Of a stretch of 61,943 bases of DNA, positions 20,482 to 30,534 are shown in pieces. Under the pieces are notes generated by a model. It was given only the letters and a program-made list of their open reading frames with translations, was not told where the DNA came from and searched no databases. This DNA is from Candidatus Heimdallarchaeota archaeon (GTDB lineage: Archaea > Asgardarchaeota > Heimdallarchaeia > Heimdallarchaeales > Heimdallarchaeaceae). Each line of letters starts with the position of its first letter. Position 1 is the first letter of the stretch. The translations under genes and the position numbers were made by a program. The DNA lies in contig DXJF01000159.1 in assembly GCA_019057375.1 (NCBI GenBank), positions 1 to 61,943 of the forward strand, in the 5' to 3' direction.

Positions 20482-20871
20482 TTATTCTTCTTTCTCTTCT
20501 TCTTCAATTTCTGTTTCTTCGAATAATTCTTCAATAATTTCATTTCTCAGTTCATATAGAACTTCGTAGGTTTTCTCAACTATTTCAGACACTAAATCAG
20601 CTAGTTTTGTTTTAGCATCTTTAGTTATTATTCTAGCTATTTTTTCACCTATTATGAACTTCTGAACTTCAGTCATATCTTCAGAGATATCTTCAGGAAT
20701 GATTTCTGCAACTTGATCCCAAACAGCATCTTGAATTTGCTTTACAATAGCTTTAAGTCTCTCTTCAATGATCAACTCTCCTAATCCATCAAATATTTCT
20801 TCTTCAATTTCATCCATTACTTCTTCAAAAATGGTTTGTGCTAAATCTGTAGTTTTATTCTCTTCAGTCAT
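20482..20871 (-). CDS. Highly acidic helical hypothetical protein
   Basis: 129 aa, 41 D/E by manual count, amphipathic periodicity. Confidence 0.7.
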   Translation of the reverse strand: MTEENKTTDLAQTIFEEVMDEIEEEIFDGLGELIIEERLKAIVKQIQDAVWDQVAEIIPEDISEDMTEVQKFIIGEKIARIITKDAKTKLADLVSEIVEKTYEVLYELRNEIIEELFEETEIEEEEKEE

Positions 20872-20993
20872 TTTACCACAACAGCTAAAACACCATCAGA
20901 ATAAAAAATCTTCTTATCTATCTCTATTGTTCAAATTTTACTTTGAAGTCTGAAAATCTATTTAAGTAATTAATTTAAATTTAATTGATTATT

Positions 20994-21101
20994 ATGGTTC
21001 ATTTTGAACAAATTTCTGAATCTGTTTGGGCTCATACTGAAGGAGAAACCCTTGGTCATGTTGCTTTTGTCAAATTAGAAGAATGTACTATTTTTATTTG
21101 A
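20994..21101 (+). pseudogene. 5' remnant (35 aa) of an MBL-fold hydrolase gene
   Basis: MVHFEQISESVWAHTEGETLGHVAFVKLEECTIFI* aligns with the N-terminus of the 15955 MBL protein and stops exactly where DTG would begin. Confidence 0.6.
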
Positions 21102-21990
21102 AAATTTCTTCATACAGAAAATCTGCGATTCCTGCAGAATGGGTGAATTCATTTGTTTTAAGATCAACAAGTTCTGAATTTTTAATACTAGCAGCTATTC
21201 TTTTGGAAATTTTTGTACGATGCAATTTATCCTCACTTTCATCTACAACAAGCACTCTACTCTCAATTCCTGCATAAGTATCCCAATATTTGTCAAATGC
21301 TAGTCTCATGCAGAATTTTTTCCATTTTTTTGCATCACCTTCATCTATGACTCTTATGTATTTAGCAGCTTGTTCAGGTGATTCGCTTTTAGATTTTCTA
21401 ATCCAAAATTTACCTATTGGGGCAAATAAACGGTAAATAAAGGCAGGAACAATGAAAAGCAAATATCTAAAGATTGGAGGCATGTCTATTTTTTCAGGAG
21501 GTCCAACTAAAACTGTCAAAAAAGGATCAATCTTCTTTTTGCATAAAGCATCAGCTATTACGATAGCTCCAAACGAAGAACCAAAGAAAATAGTTTTTTT
21601 TGGAGCTAGTTGACAAATTTCGATCAATTCTCCCAAATCAGAAGAAATTCTATCAACAGTATATTTTGATTTCTTTGCTAGAATGCTTGATTTCTTTTCT
21701 CTTGTCTCCAAATAATAAACATTGAAGTAATCCTTAGATCTCATTAAGAATTCATCCCACCCAAGAACGATAGAAGCCCAGCCTGGTATAACAACAAGAT
21801 TGAAACTTTCTTTCTTTGTGTTGTTAACCTTGGTTGTTAGAATTTTAATTTGAGAACCATCTGATACTGTAATCATCTCTTTGTTAGCTATTTTCTCAAA
21901 TTCAGCTTCCATTTTTGAAAGAAAAATGGATTTCTTTTCTTTTTTATTCATTATAAACTGTTTTCCTATTTCAGCTTTTAAAGCTTTCAT
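21094..21990 (-). CDS. Alpha/beta hydrolase (start may be 21951)
   Basis: VIPGW, nucleophile elbow GSSFG, DKLH, C-terminal THS. Confidence 0.8.
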   Translation of the reverse strand: MKALKAEIGKQFIMNKKEKKSIFLSKMEAEFEKIANKEMITVSDGSQIKILTTKVNNTKKESFNLVVIPGWASIVLGWDEFLMRSKDYFNVYYLETREKKSSILAKKSKYTVDRISSDLGELIEICQLAPKKTIFFGSSFGAIVIADALCKKKIDPFLTVLVGPPEKIDMPPIFRYLLFIVPAFIYRLFAPIGKFWIRKSKSESPEQAAKYIRVIDEGDAKKWKKFCMRLAFDKYWDTYAGIESRVLVVDESEDKLHRTKISKRIAASIKNSELVDLKTNEFTHSAGIADFLYEEIFK

Positions 21991-22846
21991 AGTTTGGATA
22001 AAGGGTTACCATTACTGCACCTTTTCCAATTGAACATACAACTGAAGGTGGAATCTTCCATACAATTTCATTAGCTATAGGTCTTATTTTTTTAACTTCC
22101 TTACTTAGATATTCTGCTTTTTCAATATCGTTTGAATGCGAAATTATAATATCATATTTTGTTTCAGAATCAGTGATTTTATTAATCTGCTTCATCATTT
22201 TCTTTATCGATCCCTTAAAACCTATACCTCCTCCAAATCCTACAACTCCTTGATCTAGAGGAATATCGCTGATAGGTTTTAAGTTCAGAATCTTTGTAAG
22301 CAAAGAAAAATGAACTTTCTTCTTGATTTTTCCAGTTCTAAATAATGTTGAAAAATCTCTAGATACTCCGATTGTATAAATGAAAGGCTTAATTTTATCG
22401 AAAAACTGTATAATTTCATCTATACTTTTACCCTCATCAATCATTTTCATTGCATAGAGTATAAAGGTTGCTTGACTGGAAGATGCATAATCAGTAGAGT
22501 AAAAATGAATCTTCATCACTTTTCTAATTCTCTTCTCAGCAGATCTAGCAGAGTTGACTTGGTTAGAAATTTTAGTTGTCATAAATGGATAAAGAATTTC
22601 AGTAAAACCTTCTTTCTTAGCTTTTTCAAAGATGATTAAAGCATCAGCTGGAGGTGCGAGACTTGTAATTGGAACAGGTTCATTTAAATGAAAGGTATCT
22701 GTAAAGTCAACTAAATCTATTTCAGTTAAATCACGTTTATATCCTTCATCTGTTGAAATTTGTACCTCTAACACATCAATGTTGTTCTCCTCTAGAAATT
22801 CTAGAGGTATAGTGGAAGTTGAGTCAATCATCAATTTTATTTTCAT
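21971..22846 (-). CDS. DegV family fatty-acid-binding protein (copy 2)
   Basis: MKIKLMIDSTSTIP, ILNLKP, IISHS, PPSVVCSIGKGAV; close paralog of 14283-15158. Confidence 0.85.
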   Translation of the reverse strand: MKIKLMIDSTSTIPLEFLEENNIDVLEVQISTDEGYKRDLTEIDLVDFTDTFHLNEPVPITSLAPPADALIIFEKAKKEGFTEILYPFMTTKISNQVNSARSAEKRIRKVMKIHFYSTDYASSSQATFILYAMKMIDEGKSIDEIIQFFDKIKPFIYTIGVSRDFSTLFRTGKIKKKVHFSLLTKILNLKPISDIPLDQGVVGFGGGIGFKGSIKKMMKQINKITDSETKYDIIISHSNDIEKAEYLSKEVKKIRPIANEIVWKIPPSVVCSIGKGAVMVTLYPNYESFKS

Positions 22847-22978
22847 TTTGTACGTTTGGAGAAGAACTCATCTTATTTATAAAGATTATTAAGGAAAACA
22901 GCCTCTAACTAAGTAATTCTGAATAATTGTAAAATATGTTTCCAACATCATAAAAATATAGACTGTCATGCTGAAGAA

Positions 22979-23839
22979 CTAAGTAAGTTCATTTATTTCT
23001 TCTAAAATTATTTTTGCATAAGCCTCACTATGAGTATCATTCTTAAAAGGTACAGATCTAAATTTTGCTCCAGGGATTAATTCAACAATTTCTTCTATTG
23101 AACCTGTATCATGTTCAGGATCATCTTGAGCTCCAACAATAATCACAGGGGATTTTATGTTTTTTACTGCTTCTCTGGTCATCTCATAATCAGGCATAAA
23201 GGATTTCAATTCCTTCATCCATTGCAAACTACTTTTTTGCAACATTCTTCTTAAAGTATGAATTCTACTTATGCCTGATTCTTTATCTCTTCTGAATTTA
23301 ATCTTATAACTCAGATATACGAAGGGCTTAACTAGTGAGACGAACCAATGAGGAAACAATTTCGGTAATAGTTTAATTTTGTTATTTGCTTTGTATGTCT
23401 TCTGTGGAGATGAGTGAACAGATAGAAAAGGTTGAACATCATATTTACTCATCGCTTCAAGGATACCTACTGAAGCTATTGAAGATCCAGTAACAACACA
23501 GTCTTCTGGCTTAAGTTTAAGTTCTTTTAAAGATTGTACAAAATCCTCTCCTAAAGTGTAGACGTCATAAACAATATTATTTGGTGGGAAGGAAGAAAAT
23601 TCCTTTTCTCTAGTTTCTATGAAAATTATATTATGGTTTTTTCTTAAAAGTTTCACAGATTCTCTCCAGAGAAAGATGTAAGAAATGTATCCAGAATAGA
23701 AAACAATATCCCTGGTTTCATCAGTTTTTTTATCTGCCTTAAGAGTGATAACTCTAAGTTTAGCTCCGTTTGGTAAATCCACAAACTTCTTAGTTGTTTC
23801 ATTTTCAAGAGCATATTCACTCTTTGGACGTCTAACCAT
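22979..23839 (-). CDS. Alpha/beta hydrolase, paralog of 21094-21990
   Basis: FYSGY, IETREK (shared with 21094 protein), GSSIA, DPEH, THS. Confidence 0.75.
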   Translation of the reverse strand: MVRRPKSEYALENETTKKFVDLPNGAKLRVITLKADKKTDETRDIVFYSGYISYIFLWRESVKLLRKNHNIIFIETREKEFSSFPPNNIVYDVYTLGEDFVQSLKELKLKPEDCVVTGSSIASVGILEAMSKYDVQPFLSVHSSPQKTYKANNKIKLLPKLFPHWFVSLVKPFVYLSYKIKFRRDKESGISRIHTLRRMLQKSSLQWMKELKSFMPDYEMTREAVKNIKSPVIIVGAQDDPEHDTGSIEEIVELIPGAKFRSVPFKNDTHSEAYAKIILEEINELT

Positions 23840-23943
23840 ACGAACGAATTTATCAGTGAGTATAAAAAGATTCTATTAAGTGTTGTAAAGTTCCATAGCT
23901 TAAGATTAATAATGTATTTAGAACTTGATATCATAGAAAACAG

Positions 23944-25158
23944 ATGCCAAATTTCATTTTGAAAACAAATCAGTTTGAACCTATTCTTATCGAACGTGCA
24001 ACTGGATCTTGGATTGTTGATGTTAATGGAAAGAAATATCTTGATTGTGAATCAGGAATGTGGTGTTGCAATCTTGGGCACAACCCTCCAGAAATAACAG
24101 AAGTCATTAAAATTCAATCATCTAACATTATTCACAGAAATAAAGGATTTCTCAATCCTGTTACAAATAAAGCAGCAGAAAAACTATTAGATTTCATACC
24201 AGGAGATTATGATAAAGTCACATTTCTTAATAGTGGAAGTGAAGCTGTTGAATTTGCCATTAATTTTGCTAAAAAAATCACAAAAAGAAAAAATGTTTTG
24301 TCACTAAAAGATTCTTATCTTGGAGCTTTCGGAATTGCTAGAGATATTTCTTTTACTTCTCAAGAAAATATGGAGTTCAAACTTGACTATCCTGTCAGTG
24401 AGGGGAACGATTGTGATGATCTGGAAGAATTTATCCAAAAAGCCAATTTAGTGATAGACAATAAAGCAGACGAGATTGCATGTTTTGTTCTAGAGCCTAT
24501 AATGGTTGGAGGTGGAGTTCTTAAACCATGTTCTAAATTTGTTGAACATATCTGCAACAGAATGAAAGAAATTGGAGCGTTAGTTATTGTTGATGAGGTT
24601 ACAACAGGCTTTGGGAGGGCAGGAATGAAGTTTGGTTTTGAGCTCTTTAACATGACTCCTGATATCTTAGCTTTAGGAAAAGCATTAGGTAATGGATATC
24701 CAGTCAGTGCTATTGTTACAAGATCAGATTTAGAGGAAAAACTTTCTCCTTCTGAATTATATTACGCTCAATCACATCAGTTAGATCCTCTAGGAACTAG
24801 TATAGCTTTGAAAGTTGTTGACCTATATGAGACTAAAGAAGTTATAGAAAGAAGTAAAACAAAAATTGAAAAGTTACATTCCTTTCTTAAATCACTTTCA
24901 TACCCTTTCATTCAAGAAATAAGATCATTTGGCTTAATTTATGCTATTGAGTTTAGAGCTTTTAGCAATCTATCCACAACTGATTTAGTTCTAAAGATTA
25001 AAGATGATTTACTTGAAGCGGGTGTTATGATAGGATATAGCATAGGGAAAGAACAAATCAGATTTTTACCTCCTCTAATCATATCAAATGAAGAAATTGA
25101 GTTCTTTCAAAAGAAAATCATACAAGTATTTGATTCAATTTTAATATTAGAGAAATAA
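23944..25158 (+). CDS. Class III PLP-dependent aminotransferase
   Basis: GKKYLD, NSGSEAVE, DEVTTGFGRAG, LGKALGNG, RFLPPL. Confidence 0.9.
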   Translation: MPNFILKTNQFEPILIERATGSWIVDVNGKKYLDCESGMWCCNLGHNPPEITEVIKIQSSNIIHRNKGFLNPVTNKAAEKLLDFIPGDYDKVTFLNSGSEAVEFAINFAKKITKRKNVLSLKDSYLGAFGIARDISFTSQENMEFKLDYPVSEGNDCDDLEEFIQKANLVIDNKADEIACFVLEPIMVGGGVLKPCSKFVEHICNRMKEIGALVIVDEVTTGFGRAGMKFGFELFNMTPDILALGKALGNGYPVSAIVTRSDLEEKLSPSELYYAQSHQLDPLGTSIALKVVDLYETKEVIERSKTKIEKLHSFLKSLSYPFIQEIRSFGLIYAIEFRAFSNLSTTDLVLKIKDDLLEAGVMIGYSIGKEQIRFLPPLIISNEEIEFFQKKIIQVFDSILILEK

Positions 25159-25189
25159 AAGTTTATTAATAACTCTCCTTAGGTAAGTC

Positions 25190-26095
25190 ATGGGGAAAAT
25201 TAGAGATAAAACTTCTCAAATTATCAAACTTCGAGACGGAAGAAAGCTTGGTTTCGCAGAATTTGGTGATTCTGAAGGAAAACCTATACTCTATTTTCAC
25301 GGAAATCCCGGTACTAGAACTGAAGCTAAATTATCTGAGCTAGAATTATCAGAAAAAACTGCTAGAATAATTTCAATAGATCGTCCAGGTTTTGGATTAT
25401 CTGATTTTAAAAAAGGTAGAAAAATACTAGATTGGTCAGATGATGTTGAGGATTTAGCAGATTCATTGGGATTAAGAAAATTTTCGATTCTTGGTGTTTG
25501 TGGTGGTGGGCCTTATGTCTTAGTTTGCGCATATAAGATACCCAAAAGATGTCAATCTGTAGGGATTATAGCAAGTACGGGTCCAATTAATAGAACTACA
25601 GTAAGATTAGAAGGAGTTAGTAAAAGAATTGTTTTTGTAAATAAAAGATTGCCTTTTCTTTTTAGAGCTTTTTTCTGGTTGAAAATGAGTAGACACGCAA
25701 GATCCACTAATGAATCAATGATTAGACAAAAAATGTTAACTCATGTAATAAAAAATTTCTCTAAACCAGATAAGAAATTATTAAAAAGACCAAAAATTAT
25801 GGACATACTCATTGAAAGAATGAGGGACGTTGGAAGATTAAGTACTAAGGGTACAGTATTTGATCGAAAACTAATCTTCAGACCTTGGGGGTTTAGACTT
25901 GAGGATATTTCTTCTAAAGTTAAAGTTCATTTATGGCAAGGACACCTAGATAAAACTGTACCCATTTCTATTGGAAGATATATGTCAAAGAAAATACCTA
26001 ATTGCGTTGCGAAATTCTTTCCTAAAGAGGGGCACATTTCAGTTTGTGTAACTAAAATGAATGAAATAGTAAGTAGTTTGACTAGTTCACCTTAG
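25190..26095 (+). CDS. Alpha/beta hydrolase with Cys at the nucleophile position
   Basis: FHGNPG, DRPGFGLS, GVCGGGP, WQGHLD, EGH. Confidence 0.85.
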   Translation: MGKIRDKTSQIIKLRDGRKLGFAEFGDSEGKPILYFHGNPGTRTEAKLSELELSEKTARIISIDRPGFGLSDFKKGRKILDWSDDVEDLADSLGLRKFSILGVCGGGPYVLVCAYKIPKRCQSVGIIASTGPINRTTVRLEGVSKRIVFVNKRLPFLFRAFFWLKMSRHARSTNESMIRQKMLTHVIKNFSKPDKKLLKRPKIMDILIERMRDVGRLSTKGTVFDRKLIFRPWGFRLEDISSKVKVHLWQGHLDKTVPISIGRYMSKKIPNCVAKFFPKEGHISVCVTKMNEIVSSLTSSP

Positions 26096-26102
26096 TGTAT
26101 AA

Positions 26103-27110
26103 TTAGTCAAGTTTTTTCACAATATCATCAGGCAAAATTACATCAAATTCACAAATAGGGTCTCCATTCAGTACTGTTTTGACTGTCTTAACTTTAATAG
26201 GTTGGTCTAGAACAATTTCCCAATAATTCTTATAGTATCCTCCACTGCAATTACAAAAAACATTAGGAATTTCATCAACAGAACCATCCTTTATCGATTC
26301 TTTTACCCAAGGACAATGACAATAATAATAAGCTTTTAGCATTTCATCTTCTTCGTTTAGATATTTACTTGTCTCATGTGGAATTTTTGATACTGTTAGT
26401 ACATTTCCTTTTCTTACCCCACCTTCAATTCCAGGTTGATTCTTAACATATTCAAGAACTTCTTGGTTTATTTCTTGCGTGAAAAACAGTGTTCCCTCTT
26501 TCTCATGTTCTTCAAGTGATTTTATGAATCTTTTTCTTTTTTCTGCTAGAAATTCATCTATATTCTTCGATTTAAGGAATCTTTCTCTGTCAGGTTTTCT
26601 CCATTCATAATAAGGATCTCTCAAACCTTTAGCAAGAAATTCTTCACAAATTTGCTCTCCTACTTTATCTTGAAATCTCGAAATTAATTTCTTTGTATAT
26701 TCAGGTTTATCTTTAGGATCAATTCCTAAAGGTGGAACAGCAATATCTTGGAATATCTCATCCCTAAAGTCTTGTCCATATTCTTCTATCAATCGTTTGG
26801 AGAGATTTGCCATAACTTCGCTCCCATCAAAAACTTCTCTTCCAAGTTTAATCAGTGCATGGTTATTGATGAATTGTCCAAATATGATGAAAACTTCGTA
26901 AGAAAAACCTGTATTTCTTCCTTGCTCTATTAATATTTCTGAGAATTTGTAAAAGTCTTCAGAATTTGCATTTTCAAGGTTTTTATTACTTTTTTGTAAG
27001 AATTCATAGTAATCAGTTAATAACGTTACAGAATCTTCTACTTTATCTGGAGGGTTTTCTTTTTCAAATAATCTTTGTTTAAAACGATCTATATCATCCA
27101 TTGATATCAC
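26103..27110 (-). CDS. Cys-cluster protein (DUF6144/V4R-like C-terminal domain)
   Basis: YYCHCPW...FCNCSGGY...TVLNGD..CEF. Confidence 0.6.
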   Translation of the reverse strand: MISMDDIDRFKQRLFEKENPPDKVEDSVTLLTDYYEFLQKSNKNLENANSEDFYKFSEILIEQGRNTGFSYEVFIIFGQFINNHALIKLGREVFDGSEVMANLSKRLIEEYGQDFRDEIFQDIAVPPLGIDPKDKPEYTKKLISRFQDKVGEQICEEFLAKGLRDPYYEWRKPDRERFLKSKNIDEFLAEKRKRFIKSLEEHEKEGTLFFTQEINQEVLEYVKNQPGIEGGVRKGNVLTVSKIPHETSKYLNEEDEMLKAYYYCHCPWVKESIKDGSVDEIPNVFCNCSGGYYKNYWEIVLDQPIKVKTVKTVLNGDPICEFDVILPDDIVKKLD

Positions 27111-27382
27111 AATTTGATTCTTGCTAAGACACTTAAAAGAAGTACGTATTTAAAGATGATAATCACTATGGATGGATTTTTAGGTAAGGCGAGTTTAAAA
27201 CCTGCACTGTAAGTTCTCTCTGAAATTAAAACTATAGAGTTGTTATTGTTCAAATTTTTATGGAAATAGTAAGGCAATTTTAAATCCATTTTAAAAGATT
27301 TAATTACCAATTAAAATAAACTGCTCAAATGTTATAAAGGCACAAAACGAGTTGTTATATTAGAATCTATTGAGGTAAAAAA

Positions 27383-28504
27383 ATGAGTGAAAATTATAAG
27401 ATTCATAAACAAATATTCGAACATCACTTGATTGAAGGAAGTCACTATGAAATAGGAAAGAAACAAGGTGTAATCATGAAAAAGTATGATGCAGCCGTGA
27501 AAATGTATACATCAGGTAGCTTCGATTCTAAGAAATCAAAATTCAAAAATTTTCAAGAAGTCTATGATTTCTATGACTCTTATTGTCCTGGACTAAGAGA
27601 AGAAGCACAGGGTTTTGCTGATGCATTAAAGGTTAGTGTTGAGAAACTCTTCATATTTGATTTTCCTGCATCTGTTGATTGGTGGTGCTGTCATTTGGTA
27701 GCACCTTCTACTATAACAAAGAAAAATGAAATCCTAGTTGGGAGAAGCTACGAATGGGATTTCAGAAATGAGGATCTTCAACTACGTACAACAAAAGTAA
27801 ATGGAAAATATCGACATTTGGGTTTTTCTGGAATGGTTTTTGGAAGATATGATGGTATGAATGAGAAGGGACTCTGTATTACTTATTCAGCTGCAGGAGC
27901 TTGGAACGCACCAATTCATAAAAAAGGATTGAATTGGGCACATGCAGTTCGAGTTATGTTAGATAATTGTAAAGATGCTAATGATGCTCTTAATACTTTT
28001 GAGCAGATACCCATTGATTGGTCATCAAATTTCATTCTAACAGATAGAAGTGGAACGATTTTTCTAATTGAATCAATGGATGCAGAATCTGAAGTAAAAG
28101 AACTCGATAAAGATTCAGAAGAAAACTATGTTTTAGCAACAAACCACTTCACTCTCCCAAGTAAGGTTGAATATAATAAATTCAACAATCCCTGGTTACT
28201 TCCTAACTCCCAAAAACGTTATGAGATAATTAGTTCTCACCTTGATAAAAATAAAGGAAAAATAAACGAAGATTCGATGAAGAAACTACTAGGTTCTGAA
28301 TTCCCAGAAGGTATCTGTTGTCATTGGCATACTGATTGCTTTGGAACTGTTTGGTCAATGTTATTCAACGTAACTGAAGGGAAAACACTGATTAGTTTTG
28401 GACCTCCTACTCACAACAAATGGTATGAGTTTTTCATCCAAGATGAAGTGACAACTAATGAGTATGAAGCAACTTTTGTTGATAAAAGAATAGAATCCGC
28501 TTAG
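27383..28504 (+). CDS. C45 family autoproteolytic acyltransferase/hydrolase (Ntn fold)
   Basis: EEAQGFA, WCCH cleavage-site Cys, GRSYEW, DGMNEKGL, TNHF, SQKRY. Confidence 0.85.
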   Translation: MSENYKIHKQIFEHHLIEGSHYEIGKKQGVIMKKYDAAVKMYTSGSFDSKKSKFKNFQEVYDFYDSYCPGLREEAQGFADALKVSVEKLFIFDFPASVDWWCCHLVAPSTITKKNEILVGRSYEWDFRNEDLQLRTTKVNGKYRHLGFSGMVFGRYDGMNEKGLCITYSAAGAWNAPIHKKGLNWAHAVRVMLDNCKDANDALNTFEQIPIDWSSNFILTDRSGTIFLIESMDAESEVKELDKDSEENYVLATNHFTLPSKVEYNKFNNPWLLPNSQKRYEIISSHLDKNKGKINEDSMKKLLGSEFPEGICCHWHTDCFGTVWSMLFNVTEGKTLISFGPPTHNKWYEFFIQDEVTTNEYEATFVDKRIESA

Positions 28505-28570
28505 CAGATTTTTATTTTTTTTCTTTGAAAAATACATCCTTTTATAGTGTAATAATCTTTGAAATCACAT

Positions 28571-29488
28571 ATGAGCAATGATTATTCCAATAGACTTGAA
28601 CAATGTGGTGTTTGGCTGAGCACTCTTGGTTTAGGAGTAGAACATTTTGTCAGAGGAGTAAGTAAAGTTCAACATTTGAGTAGGGATGAGAATTCTAAGC
28701 TGATTCTAGAAGAAGCTTACAAACAAGGAATAACACATTATGATTTGGTTTTTGATTTTCCATACTTCTTTGATGTTTTCAAAGAATTTAGTAGAGATAG
28801 GAGAGATAAGATTACTTTCACAACTCATATAGGAAATGTATACGATGAGAGAACAGGTAAAGCTGGCAAAACTCGATCTATTAATAAAATCAGAAAATCA
28901 TTTGATCGAATTATGAATGACCTAGATACTAACTACACGGATATTGCCCTTATTCAGTTTGTAACCAATTTAGAGGATTATAACAAGGTGGGTAAGAATG
29001 GTATTATTGAATTTGTCAAAAATCTAAAACAGGGAGGAAGAGCTAAAACTATCGGAATTAGTGCTCATAATCCCGATCTATTACTTAAGATTATAGAAAA
29101 AGATGAATATGATGTTATCATGTATCCTTTGAACTTCGCTACAGGTGTTTTGAAATCAACAGAAAAATTAATTGAAGTCTGTAAAGAGAAAAACATAGCT
29201 CTGATAGCTATAAAAAATCTTCATAAGGGAAAACTATTTACAACTAAGAAAACTGATTTATCAGCCTATTATTCTGGTGGAAGAAAGATTTCTTTACAAT
29301 TAAATCAAGCAGCAACTCCAGCACTATGCTTTAATTATGCACTTAATTTAGGCGCAGATTCTGTTGTATTCGGTGTTAAAACTGTAGAAGAGTTGAAGGA
29401 AAATATACATTCCTATAAAACAGAACAAAATGTTGACTACAGTTATTTCGTTAAAAAATTTGAAGAAATTGTGAGCAATGGTGTGTAG
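28571..29488 (+). CDS. Aldo/keto reductase
   Basis: LGLG, GITHYD...Y, TDYTDIALIQ, IGISAH, DVIMYP; ORF track starts at TTG 28559. Confidence 0.8.
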   Translation: MSNDYSNRLEQCGVWLSTLGLGVEHFVRGVSKVQHLSRDENSKLILEEAYKQGITHYDLVFDFPYFFDVFKEFSRDRRDKITFTTHIGNVYDERTGKAGKTRSINKIRKSFDRIMNDLDTNYTDIALIQFVTNLEDYNKVGKNGIIEFVKNLKQGGRAKTIGISAHNPDLLLKIIEKDEYDVIMYPLNFATGVLKSTEKLIEVCKEKNIALIAIKNLHKGKLFTTKKTDLSAYYSGGRKISLQLNQAATPALCFNYALNLGADSVVFGVKTVEELKENIHSYKTEQNVDYSYFVKKFEEIVSNGV

Positions 29489-29543
29489 AGAAAGGTCACA
29501 GAAAAAAATAGAGAAGTGATTAAAGTAGGAAAAAGAAATTTCT

Positions 29544-30470
29544 TTACTTTTTAGCTTTCTTTTCCCAAATTCCATTAATTTGCTTATGTTGAAAACCTAT
29601 TGAGATATAGAACTGTTGACCATCTCCAACATAGACTTTCTTTGCACCCTCCCTTTTAACTCGGTTGATTGCTTCATAAATGGTTACTTTAGCTAATCCT
29701 TTTCGTCTATGATCAGGAACTGTTCCTACAGGTTCTAGAATTCCAATTTTATTTTTCTCATCGTACCAAATCAAACAAAAAGAAACAATCTCTCCATCTG
29801 GAGCTTCAACATAAACATCTAAATCCTTTCGATAGTCTGGAGCTTTCTGAAGGGCTAGATAAGAGGAAGATTGAACCTCATCTTCTGTTCCCCAATTTCC
29901 AAATGCTCTAGCAAATGCTTCAGTCCTTTTTACAACTTGATTTTCATCGGCCATACTCTTTATCACATAACCTTTTGGAAGATCAGGATAGGAAAAATCT
30001 CTATCAAGGGTAATCAAAGAGGTTGTCTCTTTAGCATCTTCTCTTTTGACATATCCTCTGCCTTTAGCAATTTTTTCTAGTTGACTATCACCAATCCTGA
30101 TTCTAGGTCTTAAAATCATATATCCCTCTTGTTCAAATTGAAGATTTTTTTCAGCAAACTCAAACATCTCCTCAAATGGGATAGAATCTTTATAAGTAGG
30201 ATTAATCTGGAAGAACGTCTCTCCTCTTCCTACTGCTTCATTGAGAACTAAACTCACTATCTCTCCTTCTTCATTCTCCCATATCCCTATTGTTTCACTC
30301 CATTGTTCTATAGTAAATTCAAACATATCTCTGATAAAGAATGCAGCATAATTCCATCTCTCTAAAGTCCAGTTTATTAAATCACCATCATCAACATATG
30401 TTTGTTGAAGAAAATCTTTAATTCTAGAAAAATCCTTATCATGATTATATGATTTGAGATCTATCTTCAT
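29544..30470 (-). CDS. GNAT family N-acetyltransferase (two-domain)
   Basis: LEPVGTVPDHRRKGLA; ATG at 30470 preferred. Confidence 0.85.
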   Translation of the reverse strand: MKIDLKSYNHDKDFSRIKDFLQQTYVDDGDLINWTLERWNYAAFFIRDMFEFTIEQWSETIGIWENEEGEIVSLVLNEAVGRGETFFQINPTYKDSIPFEEMFEFAEKNLQFEQEGYMILRPRIRIGDSQLEKIAKGRGYVKREDAKETTSLITLDRDFSYPDLPKGYVIKSMADENQVVKRTEAFARAFGNWGTEDEVQSSSYLALQKAPDYRKDLDVYVEAPDGEIVSFCLIWYDEKNKIGILEPVGTVPDHRRKGLAKVTIYEAINRVKREGAKKVYVGDGQQFYISIGFQHKQINGIWEKKAKK

Positions 30471-30534
30471 GGAGTGAAACCGAATTTTTGTAATTATAAA
30501 ATTTCTGTTAACAGTAAAATAGGAAAATTCTTTC

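Noticed and set aside
25190-25216. MGKIRD N-terminus as a myristoylation site
   Set aside because: Gly2 is present, but position 6 is Asp, which is disfavoured in the NMT consensus
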